A DNA stretch of 64,000 bases from positions 38,619 to 102,618 of the forward strand of contig PWGX01000027.1 of the NCBI GenBank assembly GCA_003554615.1. Direction: 5' to 3'. A program made the translations under genes and the position numbers. A model generated the notes under the pieces. The model did no database searches. It had not been told where the DNA came from and saw only the letters and a program-made list of their open reading frames with translations. The DNA comes from Syntrophomonadaceae bacterium (GTDB lineage: Bacteria; Bacillota; Dethiobacteria; DTU022). Positions 1 to 8,088 of this stretch are shown in pieces (the first letter of the stretch is position 1; each line of letters begins with the position of its first letter).

Positions 1-163
1 TGCACCAGGTTCCGGCTCTCTGGGAAACTTCCCTGCTTACTGCTTCCCTTCATCGAAAGGTATTGGGCACCTCGAGTACACTAAACATTATATGCATGGC
101 ACAAAATCTTGTCAATAGCAGCCCTAAATTTTGTGTCCCTGAAATTTTTAATCGCCCAGGCTA

Positions 164-1066
164 TTAATTGTTTTGTCCGCCCACCTCGACCAGGTAAGAA
201 CTGCCCGACTGCATGTCGATAATCATCATTCTATCAGCAGGCAGAACCCCTTCGAGACCGGCCAGCAGTTTTACTGCTTCACCAGCCTGGTAAGCAGCCA
301 GCATGGCCGGGGTAAAAGCCGGATTGCCCAGCCTAACCTCCACTCCCTGGCTGGCCCCACTTTCCCTGACATTGCCGTAAATCAGGGAAAGGAGCGGGCG
401 CTCCGGCCTGATTACGGCCAGCTGTCCGATAAAACCGGCTATCGCACCGTGGACCATGGCCACACCCAGTTGGCCGCACACTTCTTCCAGCTCAAAACGA
501 GAAGGCAGGTTATCCAGGCAATCTAAAACCAGGTGGCAGCCGGAAAAAATTGGGCCCATATTGGAGCGTTCCCCCCGGCAGTGGTGAACTTCCACCTCCA
601 GGGAACTATTTATTTCAGAGATCCGCCTGGCTGCTTCAAATGCTTTCGATTGGCCCATTGTTGATTCGGTAGCCAGCAGCTGGCGGTTCAGGTTGCTCTC
701 AGAAAAATTATCACCGTCAATTATGACCAGCCTGCCCACACCCATGCGGGCCAGGAGTTCCAGGGCAAAACCGCCCAGCCCTCCCGCGCCGACCACCCCG
801 ATCGAGGAAGCAAGCAGTTTTTTCTGCCCTTCCAGCCCGAGGCTACTTATACTGCGCTGGTAACGTTCCGGAATTACTTCGCTTTCCAGGGCGGCAATCT
901 CGACCCACCACCCGGCCAGATCGTGCAGGCGGGCCAATTCTCCGACTGCAGCCACCGAAATACTCAAATACTTTTCTTCGGCCGGGTTTACCCTTTCAGT
1001 TGCCTTTTGTAAAACAGCTTCTTGGATTTGGTTCTTATCCATACCTCTTTCACCCGCCGCCAGCAA
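164..1066 (-). CDS. ThiF/MoeB/HesA-family E1-like adenylyltransferase
   Basis: 300-aa ORF. Segment RYQRSISSLGLEGQKKLLASSIGVVGAGGLGG matches the ThiF/MoeB N-terminal signature (RYSRQ...G..GQ.KL....V.IVG.GGLG Rossmann loop). About 70 aa precede this motif, so the true start may be internal. Confidence 0.7.
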   Translation of the reverse strand: MLAAGERGMDKNQIQEAVLQKATERVNPAEEKYLSISVAAVGELARLHDLAGWWVEIAALESEVIPERYQRSISSLGLEGQKKLLASSIGVVGAGGLGGFALELLARMGVGRLVIIDGDNFSESNLNRQLLATESTMGQSKAFEAARRISEINSSLEVEVHHCRGERSNMGPIFSGCHLVLDCLDNLPSRFELEEVCGQLGVAMVHGAIAGFIGQLAVIRPERPLLSLIYGNVRESGASQGVEVRLGNPAFTPAMLAAYQAGEAVKLLAGLEGVLPADRMMIIDMQSGSSYLVEVGGQNN

Positions 1067-1104
1067 TTAATTTATCCGTCACCTGTTGAATCCTCTCGTT
1101 GGGC

Positions 1105-1503
1105 CTATTCGTTGAGAAGGAAAGATCCGTCTGGTTCTTCTTCCACGTCAACTTGAGGTGCCTCCGACCAGAGCCTTTCGAGGTCATAGAATTCTCTTGA
1201 TTCCGGTTGAAAAATATGGATAACAACCGAACCGTAATCAAGGACTACCCACCAGCCTTCACGGTAACCTTCAACCCGAGAAGCATAATAGCCCTCTTTC
1301 TTGAGTTTTTCTATAAGGTGATCACAAATGGCATGGACCTGGATCGCCGTTGCTCCGGTCCCGATTATAAAGTAATCCGCTATAATCGATACTTTCCCTA
1401 CTTCCAGCAAAAGCATATCCTGCGCTTTCTTTTCCGCTGCCAACTTAACGGCCATTGAAGCCAATTCCCGGGAGCCGCTGTCTGGTTCCCGTGTCAAATA
1501 CAA
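1105..1503 (-). CDS. rsfS: ribosomal silencing factor RsfS (Iojap family)
   Basis: 132 aa. Iojap/RsfS-like core (…SIIADYFIIGTGATAIQVHAI…WVVLDYGSVVIHIF). Sits in the conserved nadD-yqeK-rsfS neighbourhood. Confidence 0.85.
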   Translation of the reverse strand: MYLTREPDSGSRELASMAVKLAAEKKAQDMLLLEVGKVSIIADYFIIGTGATAIQVHAICDHLIEKLKKEGYYASRVEGYREGWWVVLDYGSVVIHIFQPESREFYDLERLWSEAPQVDVEEEPDGSFLLNE

Positions 1504-1564
1504 TCACCTCCGTCTTTTAAACCTGCTCAACATTTAAACCATTTCCCGCCCGGCGGCACAGCAG

Positions 1565-2164
1565 TTATATTAGATCACCAGGCCCTTTATCAGCCCTGTC
1601 TCTCTGTGCCTCCACCAGTTCGTTACGAAAAGCAACCGACCGCGGGTGCAGCATTAGCCCCCGCCCCAGCACCGACCTGATTGCAAATTCAACCGCTTCC
1701 AGTAAAGCCAGGTCAAGATCCTCAAGGGCAGCCTGCCTGATTTTATCAGCAGCGGGAAAATCCCTGCCCTTTTCGATATAATCAGCCAGGTAAACCACTT
1801 TTTCCAGCCTGCCCATCCCGCGGCGGCCGGTAGTGTGGTTAGCTACAGCCCGGATGATGTCCGGATCGGTAAGCTGCAAATCCTTTTCAAGCAAAGCAGC
1901 CCCTACCGGAGCGTGCAGCAGGCGCGATTCCCGGCGGCTGATGCGGTCCAGGGGTATTCCCAGCTTTTTTGCTATCTCCACCAGTTCCCGCCCTGAAAAT
2001 TGCTTACCATAATCATGGACAATACCTGACAGGTAAGCCTTGCTTTTATCGGCACCGTACCGAACGGCCAATTCCGCCGCGGCTTCCGCTACACCCAGGG
2101 AATGCTCAAACAGCTCATGATCGAGTTTTTCCCGCATCAATTCCTTGTAGTGGTCAGGTTGCAT
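1565..2164 (-). CDS. yqeK: HD-domain phosphohydrolase, YqeK family (bis(5'-nucleosyl)-tetraphosphatase)
   Basis: 199 aa. HD motif (…HSLGVAEAAAELA…GIVHDYGK…). Lies immediately downstream of nadD, as in Firmicutes. Confidence 0.8.
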   Translation of the reverse strand: MQPDHYKELMREKLDHELFEHSLGVAEAAAELAVRYGADKSKAYLSGIVHDYGKQFSGRELVEIAKKLGIPLDRISRRESRLLHAPVGAALLEKDLQLTDPDIIRAVANHTTGRRGMGRLEKVVYLADYIEKGRDFPAADKIRQAALEDLDLALLEAVEFAIRSVLGRGLMLHPRSVAFRNELVEAQRDRADKGPGDLI

Positions 2165-2217
2165 AGACTAATCCTATCTGCCTATCCAGATTAAATAATA
2201 AAAAATAAATGCAGCTG

Positions 2218-2469
2218 CTACTGTTCCCGCGGTTTGGCCTCGTTAACAACCAGTTTCCGCCCTTCCATTTCAGTACCGTTTGTCTTTTCCATGATCTCTT
2301 CCATCTGGTCTTCGTTCACTTCTACAAAGCCGTAGCCACGGGAGCGCCCGGTAGCCCGTTCAGTAATGATCCGGCACTCCAACACTTCGCCAAACTCGGA
2401 AAAAAACTTTTCCAGGTCGCCTTCTTTGGTACTCCAGGGAATGTTGCCTACATACAAAGTTTTTACCAT
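2218..2469 (-). CDS. RNA-binding protein with a single RRM domain
   Basis: RNP-2 (LYVGNI) and RNP-1 (RGYGFVEV) motifs. Start placed at the internal Met of MVKTLYVGN rather than the upstream ORF-track Met. Confidence 0.8.
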   Translation of the reverse strand: MVKTLYVGNIPWSTKEGDLEKFFSEFGEVLECRIITERATGRSRGYGFVEVNEDQMEEIMEKTNGTEMEGRKLVVNEAKPREQ

Positions 2470-2529
2470 TAAACAAAACACCTCCGCTTATATTATAACC
2501 TATTTACAGGTTAGTAGAACCGTTAATCA

Positions 2530-3138
2530 TTACCCGGACAGGTACAAATCGTGTTTCTTGATGTACTGCTCAACCGGTTCAGGAGTCAAGTACTTGATCG
2601 TTTTGCCCAGGGCAGCCCTTTCCCGGATGTAAGTCGATGAAACAGCCAGAGCCGGTATTTCCAGCAGGTGGACCTTGTTGACCATCTCGGGGCAAGCCCG
2701 GTTTAAGCTTTCACGAAACCGATCCAGCGAGTAACCGGGCCTGGATACAGCTATAAAAGTACAAAGCCTGAGCAGTTCTTCGTAATCTTTCCAGGTAAAT
2801 ATTTCTAAAATGGCATCAGCGCCGGTGATAAAATACACTTCGGGGCCTTCTTTTTCACTGCCTGAAAAATGCCTGACTGTATCAATGGTATAAGTGGGAG
2901 TTTTAGAGTTAATCTCGACTGTAGATACGAAAAAGTAGGGGTTGGACATAACGGCCAGTGAAGTCATCAGGTACCGGTGTTCGGGAAGGGAGATTGTTTC
3001 TTTTTCTTTGTGAGGGGGGTTTCCGGTGGGTACAAAAATCACGTAGTTCAGGTCAAACTGCTGCCTGGCCTCTTCGGCGGTTACCAGGTGCCCCATATGA
3101 ATGGGGTCGAAAGTCCCGCCCATTAATCCAATGCTCAT
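2530..3138 (-). CDS. nadD: nicotinate-nucleotide adenylyltransferase
   Basis: GGTFDPIHMGH (T/HxGH nucleotidyltransferase motif). About 200 aa, with the typical NadD C-terminal region. Start placed at MSIGLMGG. Confidence 0.85.
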   Translation of the reverse strand: MSIGLMGGTFDPIHMGHLVTAEEARQQFDLNYVIFVPTGNPPHKEKETISLPEHRYLMTSLAVMSNPYFFVSTVEINSKTPTYTIDTVRHFSGSEKEGPEVYFITGADAILEIFTWKDYEELLRLCTFIAVSRPGYSLDRFRESLNRACPEMVNKVHLLEIPALAVSSTYIRERAALGKTIKYLTPEPVEQYIKKHDLYLSG

Positions 3139-3194
3139 CGCAGCAGCATTTCCATTGTTACGGAGAAAGAGCACTTATGGCAACTCCTTTTACT

Positions 3195-4475
3195 TTATTC
3201 GTAGTAATAAAATTCTTCGCCGCCAATACGAACGGTATCGCCTTCCGTGATCCCTTTTTTCTTCAACTCTTTGTCCAGGCCGATCTTACGGGTATAGTTT
3301 TGAAAACGCTGCAGGGCTTCTTCATTCTCAAAGTCGGTCTTTGCCGCCATTCTCTCGATCGCCGTACCCGTAACTTTAAAAACACCATCTTCCAGTTCCA
3401 CCCTGATCGGTTCCCCGGCAGTCTCCTCCACCCGAATTTCTTCTTCCGTTTCAACAGGCAGCCGCTCTTCGGCCAGTTTATCAACTCTCCTGAATAAAAA
3501 GCGGACCATTTCATCAAGACCTTCGCCGGTGGCGGCAGAGATGCCAAAAATTGGTATGTCTTCTTTTTCTGTTTCAGTGATTTCCTGCTTCAGTTCCTGC
3601 AGCCGCTCTTTCGTCCCGGGAAGATCCAGTTTGTTCCCGGCTACAACTCTCGGGTATTTTATGAGCTGAGAACTGTATGCTTCCAATTCTTTTTTCAATA
3701 ACCGGTATGCTTCACCGGGCTCCGGATCCGCCCCGGATGACAGGTCGATCAAAAAAAGCAGGAGCAGGTTTCTTTCAATATGCCTCAAAAAACGGTGGCC
3801 CAGCCCGGCTCCCTGGTGAGCGCCTTCAATTAACCCGGGCAAATCGGCCACAATAAAACTACCCTCCTCGCCAACTTTTACCATTCCCAAGTTGGGGGCA
3901 AGGGTAGTAAACGGATAAGAGTCAACCTTCGGCTTTGCAGCAGTGATCCTGCTCAACAAGGTAGATTTACCAGCATTAGGCAATCCGACCATTCCCACCT
4001 GGGCAATCAGTTTTAGCTCAAGCTTAATAGTTCGTTCTTCGCCAGGCAGCCCGTTTTCCGCCAGGCGGGGCACCCGGCGCCTGGAGGTGGCAAAGCGGGC
4101 ATTGCCTTTTCCCCCTTTTCCGCCCCTGGCGATAAGCGCCTTCTGGCCTGCAGTGGTTAAATCGGCCAAAATATTACCTTTTTCATCACGAACAACCGTG
4201 CCGGGAGGCACGGGCACATATGTATCCTCACCCCTGGCTCCATGCTGGTTTTTCCTTCGTCCGTGCTCACCGTTTCCGGCCTTAAGGAGGCGGCGGTAAC
4301 TCAGGTCGAGAAAGCTGTGCTTGGAAGAATCGGCCCACAGGTAAACATTACCTCCGTCGCCTCCGTCCCCCCCGTCGGGACCGCCCCTGGGCACATACTT
4401 TTCCCTCCGGAACGAGACTGCACCATTACCACCTCGGCCTCCGCGCACGACAAGCTCTAATTCGTCTACGAACAT
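3195..4475 (-). CDS. obg: GTPase Obg/CgtA
   Basis: Glycine-rich Obg fold (GGRGGNGAVSFRREKYVPRGGPDGGDGGDGG), G1 motif GLPNAGKST, C-terminal OCT-like domain. Start placed at MFVDE (canonical Obg N-terminus) rather than the longer ORF-track Met. Confidence 0.9.
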   Translation of the reverse strand: MFVDELELVVRGGRGGNGAVSFRREKYVPRGGPDGGDGGDGGNVYLWADSSKHSFLDLSYRRLLKAGNGEHGRRKNQHGARGEDTYVPVPPGTVVRDEKGNILADLTTAGQKALIARGGKGGKGNARFATSRRRVPRLAENGLPGEERTIKLELKLIAQVGMVGLPNAGKSTLLSRITAAKPKVDSYPFTTLAPNLGMVKVGEEGSFIVADLPGLIEGAHQGAGLGHRFLRHIERNLLLLFLIDLSSGADPEPGEAYRLLKKELEAYSSQLIKYPRVVAGNKLDLPGTKERLQELKQEITETEKEDIPIFGISAATGEGLDEMVRFLFRRVDKLAEERLPVETEEEIRVEETAGEPIRVELEDGVFKVTGTAIERMAAKTDFENEEALQRFQNYTRKIGLDKELKKKGITEGDTVRIGGEEFYYYE

Positions 4476-4559
4476 TAGTCCCTCATCACCTACAGCGCTG
4501 CCAGTAAAGTAAAGGTCAAGTAAAACAAAGGCCCGGGATTCTACCCGGACCATTTTATC

Positions 4560-4832
4560 CTAGTTTGCCGCCGCGCCTTCTAATGGCAGTACGCTAACCT
4601 GCTTTTTGGCACGATTGGTATGTTCAAATACCACGCGGCCTTCGGCCTTGGCAAATAATGTATCGTCGCCGCCCCTGCCGACGTTAATGCCCGGGTGGAA
4701 TTTGGTCCCTCTCTGGCGCACAATAATGCTTCCGGCCTTGACAACCTGGCCGCCATAATTTTTTACACCCAGTCGTTTCGCATTACTGTCGCGGCCGTTG
4801 CGGGAACTGCCAACTCCTTTTTTATGAGCCAT
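4560..4832 (-). CDS. rpmA: 50S ribosomal protein L27
   Basis: [24 protein letters not shown]… is a canonical L27 N-terminus. Confidence 0.95.
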   Translation of the reverse strand: MAHKKGVGSSRNGRDSNAKRLGVKNYGGQVVKAGSIIVRQRGTKFHPGINVGRGGDDTLFAKAEGRVVFEHTNRAKKQVSVLPLEGAAAN

Positions 4833-4881
4833 TTATGACACCTCTCTTTCAAGCCTGCTCTTATGGTTTAAAATTAAGCCT

Positions 4882-5193
4882 TTAACTGTTGATTTTTTCA
4901 ATCATGACTTCGCTGTAAGGCTGGCGATGCCCTTTCTTGCGGCTGTAATTCTTTTTCGGTTTATACTTGTAAACCGTAATTTTACGGCCGCGCCCGTTGT
5001 TCAATAATTTACCCTCTACCTTACAGTTATCCAGGTAGGGATTGCCAACCTGCACTTCGTCCCCGTTTTTACACAACAGGACCCGGTCAAAGGTGACCGC
5101 CTCGCCTTTCCCTGCCGGCAATTTTTCCACGCGGATCGTTTTGCCTTCCTCCACGCGGTACTGTTTGCCGCCCGTTTCAATAATTGCGTACAT
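4882..5193 (-). CDS. rplU: 50S ribosomal protein L21
   Basis: [17 protein letters not shown]… is a canonical L21 start. No Prp (ysxB) gene lies between rplU and rpmA; the gap is about 50 bp. Confidence 0.95.
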   Translation of the reverse strand: MYAIIETGGKQYRVEEGKTIRVEKLPAGKGEAVTFDRVLLCKNGDEVQVGNPYLDNCKVEGKLLNNGRGRKITVYKYKPKKNYSRKKGHRQPYSEVMIEKINS

Positions 5194-5199
5194 AAACAA

Positions 5200-5315
5200 A
5201 CCCCCTGTAAGGACTCGCCGAATCAGGTAGCCCGAGTTTTACGGGGCTTTTAAGACCATCTTCGTGCGGTTTTCAATCTATTGCTGAGTTTAACACGCGC
5301 CCACGCCTTTGTCAA
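5200..5315 (-). promoter_or_regulatory. rplU promoter (TTGACA-17-TAAACT on minus strand) plus ~85-nt leader with hairpin (possible L21 leader)
   Basis: Minus-strand -35 TTGACA (5310-5315) and -10 TAAACT (5287-5292) with a 17-nt spacer. The leader contains an AGCCCCG…CGGGCU hairpin. An L21 leader element is known upstream of rplU in Firmicutes. Confidence 0.4.
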
Positions 5316-5434
5316 TCAAATTGGCGCTTTCCGGAGCAGATAAGCTTTTCCTGCTTTCCATAGATGACATATTATCATGATCATTAACAAGGTGACATTA
5401 TCACGTCCTAACCACACAAATTTTATCCCAAAAC

Positions 5435-5462
5435 TTGACGGTGCTTTCTGCTTGTTATAAAA
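5435..5462 (+). promoter_or_regulatory. candidate sigma-A promoter for tupABC (TTGACG … TGtTATAAA)
   Basis: -35 TTGACG at 5435-5440 and extended -10 TGnTATAAA at 5453-5461. The 15-16-nt spacer is short. The resulting 5'UTR would be about 210 nt. Confidence 0.35.
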
Positions 5463-5479
5463 TGCTCATGGACCAGGAA

Positions 5480-5688
5480 TTGAATAGCGCTACCTTCGAT
5501 CCATTTTATCTAAGGGTTGCCTCTTTGGGTGAGCTAGGGTAAATGGACGTCAGGGTACAGGTGGAAACGGCTGTGCCTCCCGTTGCGGAAAGAAGGATTG
5601 TTCGGATCTGACTGAGCATAATCGCATTTTCCAGCGGGAACTGCGATTTTTTTATGATTCAGATCCTGGGAGGGGAGTATCACCGGCC
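5480..5688 (+). ncRNA. candidate Moco/tungsten-cofactor riboswitch in tupA 5'UTR
   Basis: Long untranslated leader of a tungstate transporter operon. It contains …GUGCCUCCCGUUGCGGAAAGAAGGA…, which resembles conserved elements recalled for the Moco RNA motif. The structure was not folded and no covariance model was run. Confidence 0.3.
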
Positions 5689-6564
5689 ATGTCTTTAAAA
5701 GTATTGAATAAACCACTCACAAAGTTTATGCTTTGTATTTTGGCGATCGGCTTTCTGGCGACAGGCTGCACGCAAGAACCGGCGCCTGAAGAAGAGGACC
5801 CGGGCGGAAATTTGAATAAAGGCACCCTCACCCTGACTACTACAACCAGCACCTATGATTCAGGCCTGCTTGATTATATTAACCCGATCTTTGAACAGGA
5901 AACCGGCCTGCGGGTGGAAGTAATTTCCCAGGGAACGGGCGCCGCCCTTGAAACAGGGAAACGGGGCGATGCCGATGTCCTGCTGGTGCATGATCGTGAA
6001 ACTGAGCTGGAACTGGTAGATGAAGGTTATTTTGTTGATCGCCATGATGTGATGTACAATGACTTCATATTGATCGGCCCTGAAGCCGATCCGGCGGGGA
6101 TAAAAGCTGCAGGCAATGCTGTCGTGGCTTTAGGATTGATCGCTGAAAACGAAAGCACTTTTGTTTCCCGCGGTGACGATTCGGGAACCCACCGGAGGGA
6201 AATGAAATTATGGGAAAACGCCGGCATTATCCCCGACGAAGAAGACTGGTACCTCTCCATCGGGCAGGGTATGGGCAATACCCTGAACCTGGCCGATCAA
6301 ACTTTGGGCTATACGATAGCCGATCGGGGCACCTACATCGCCGTTAAAGACAATCTGGAACTGACCCTTTTATTTGAGGGCGATCCCGATCTCTCCAACC
6401 AGTACGGGGTAATGGCCGTCAATCCCGACAGGCACCCCCACGTTGAATACAATTGCGTTTCGAAGTATATCGAATTTTTAATCTCGGACCGGGGCCAGGA
6501 ATTAATCGGTTCGTACCAGGTTGAAAGTGAAGCCCTATTTTTCCCCGGTTTCGGGTTAGAGTAA
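5689..6564 (+). CDS. tupA: tungstate ABC transporter substrate-binding lipoprotein TupA
   Basis: Lipoprotein signal with lipobox LATGC. Motif TTTSTYDSGLLDYINPIFEQETG…VLLVHD is characteristic of TupA, as in Eubacterium acidaminophilum TupA. Confidence 0.85.
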   Translation: MSLKVLNKPLTKFMLCILAIGFLATGCTQEPAPEEEDPGGNLNKGTLTLTTTTSTYDSGLLDYINPIFEQETGLRVEVISQGTGAALETGKRGDADVLLVHDRETELELVDEGYFVDRHDVMYNDFILIGPEADPAGIKAAGNAVVALGLIAENESTFVSRGDDSGTHRREMKLWENAGIIPDEEDWYLSIGQGMGNTLNLADQTLGYTIADRGTYIAVKDNLELTLLFEGDPDLSNQYGVMAVNPDRHPHVEYNCVSKYIEFLISDRGQELIGSYQVESEALFFPGFGLE

Positions 6565-6592
6565 GCTCAATCCATCTGGAGGTATATAAAAA

Positions 6593-7291
6593 TTGTCCCT
6601 GCTACTGGAAGGAATTTTGGAAGCTTTAAGGTTGATTACATCTTTTGACCCGGATCTGCTGCAGATTGTATTCCTGTCGCTCAGGGTTTCTGTCATCGCG
6701 ATCGTAATCGCCACCCTGATCGGGGTGCCACTGGGCGCATTCCTGGGGCTGAAATCGGAAAAAAAGACCCGCCTTTTTAACAAGATTATTTTTACTTTTA
6801 TGGGCATGCCACCTGTTGTAGGCGGGTTGATCATTTACCTTCTCCTGTCCAGGCAGGGCCCCCTGGGGGTACTGGGCCTGCTTTACACCCCTTCTGCGAT
6901 GATCATTGCCCAGGTGCTGCTCGCCACGCCGATCATTACCGGTTTAACCCTGGTCGGGATCAGGGCCAAGGGCACGGAAATAGTTGAAACGGCCCGTTCG
7001 CTCGGCGCTGATTCGGCCCTGGCCACCTGGACGGTAGTTAAAGAATCCCGCCTCGCGATTCTCGGGGCGGTTATAACCGGGTTCAGCCGGATCATCGCCG
7101 AAGTCGGGGCAGTCATGATCGTCGGGGGTAATATTGCGGGGCGGACCAGGGTAATGACCACCGCCATAGTCCTGGAAACAAGGAGAGGCAACTTCGAGCT
7201 GGCCATTGGGCTGGGCATTATCCTATTGATCCTGGCCTTTGTAATTAATTCATTCCTTTACAATATCCAGACAGGAGGGCAGGACAATTAA
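6593..7291 (+). CDS. tupB: tungstate ABC transporter permease TupB
   Basis: 232 aa with about 5 TM helices. ABC permease EAA-like loop. Immediately follows tupA. Confidence 0.85.
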   Translation: MSLLLEGILEALRLITSFDPDLLQIVFLSLRVSVIAIVIATLIGVPLGAFLGLKSEKKTRLFNKIIFTFMGMPPVVGGLIIYLLLSRQGPLGVLGLLYTPSAMIIAQVLLATPIITGLTLVGIRAKGTEIVETARSLGADSALATWTVVKESRLAILGAVITGFSRIIAEVGAVMIVGGNIAGRTRVMTTAIVLETRRGNFELAIGLGIILLILAFVINSFLYNIQTGGQDN

Positions 7292-8042
7292 AACCATAAA
7301 TAACATTTTCAATAACGTAATCGTCCAGCTGGACGGAATAAAAAAAGAATATGACCAGGAAGTTTTAAGGGTCGATAAACTGGAGCTGAAAAAGGGCCTT
7401 ATCTATGGCATTATCGGGCCGAGCGGGGCCGGTAAGAGCACCCTTCTGCGCATAATTAACCTGCTTACATCACCAAGCAGCGGCACCTATTATTTCCACG
7501 GCCAGAAAGTACCCCACAATACCCGGGAACGGATCAACATCCAGCGTAAGATGAGCCTGGTTTTTCAAAAAACAATCCTGTTCAGGGAAAACGTCTGGAA
7601 CAATGTTACGTACGGATTGAAAGCACGGGGTTATAAAAAACCCGAAATCAATGAACGGGTAGAAACCCTGCTGGAGCAGGTCGGCTTAAAAGAACTGGCC
7701 TGGCGCAGGGCCGATACCTTATCTGGCGGGGAAGCACAACGGGTTGCCATAGCGCGCGCCGTTGCCTTCGATCCGGAGCTGCTGCTGTTGGATGAGCCGA
7801 CCGCCAACCTGGACCCGTACAATATTGAATTGATCGAAGAAATGATCAAAAAACTGAACCGGTCAAAAACAATAACCGTGGTTATCGTCACCCACAATGT
7901 CTTCCAGGCCCGCCGCATAACCGATGAAGTTATTTTTATCGACAGGGGCAATATCGTAGAAATGGGACCGGCAGAAAAAATTTTTACCGGCCCCGATCAT
8001 GAAAAAACGCGCCTTTATGTTGAAGGCAAAGTGATTTCTTAA
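7287..8042 (+). CDS. tupC: tungstate ABC transporter ATP-binding protein TupC (start uncertain, probably ATT at 7287)
   Basis: Walker A (GPSGAGKST), ABC signature (LSGGEAQRVAIARA) and Walker B (LLLLDEP). The reading frame is open from 7245 with no ATG, GTG or TTG before the Walker A. A strong SD (AGGAGGG, 7273-7279) lies 8 nt before ATT 7287. Confidence 0.8.
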   Translation: MKTINNIFNNVIVQLDGIKKEYDQEVLRVDKLELKKGLIYGIIGPSGAGKSTLLRIINLLTSPSSGTYYFHGQKVPHNTRERINIQRKMSLVFQKTILFRENVWNNVTYGLKARGYKKPEINERVETLLEQVGLKELAWRRADTLSGGEAQRVAIARAVAFDPELLLLDEPTANLDPYNIELIEEMIKKLNRSKTITVVIVTHNVFQARRITDEVIFIDRGNIVEMGPAEKIFTGPDHEKTRLYVEGKVIS

Positions 8043-8088
8043 GCCCGTGCTCTTTCAAATTCCCTTTGCAGCATCCTCACAGCACCGC

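Noticed and set aside
173-526. Plus-strand ORFs antisense to well-supported minus-strand genes. Examples: 173-526, 10494-11282, 34875-35375, 36570-37316, 49542-50300, 51649-52395, 56638-58494 on the opposite strand of fadN, and 63396-63848.
   Set aside because: They lie entirely inside strongly supported CDS on the other strand. Their compositions are low-complexity, Arg/Pro/Gly-rich translations typical of antisense frames. They have no RBS or family resemblance.
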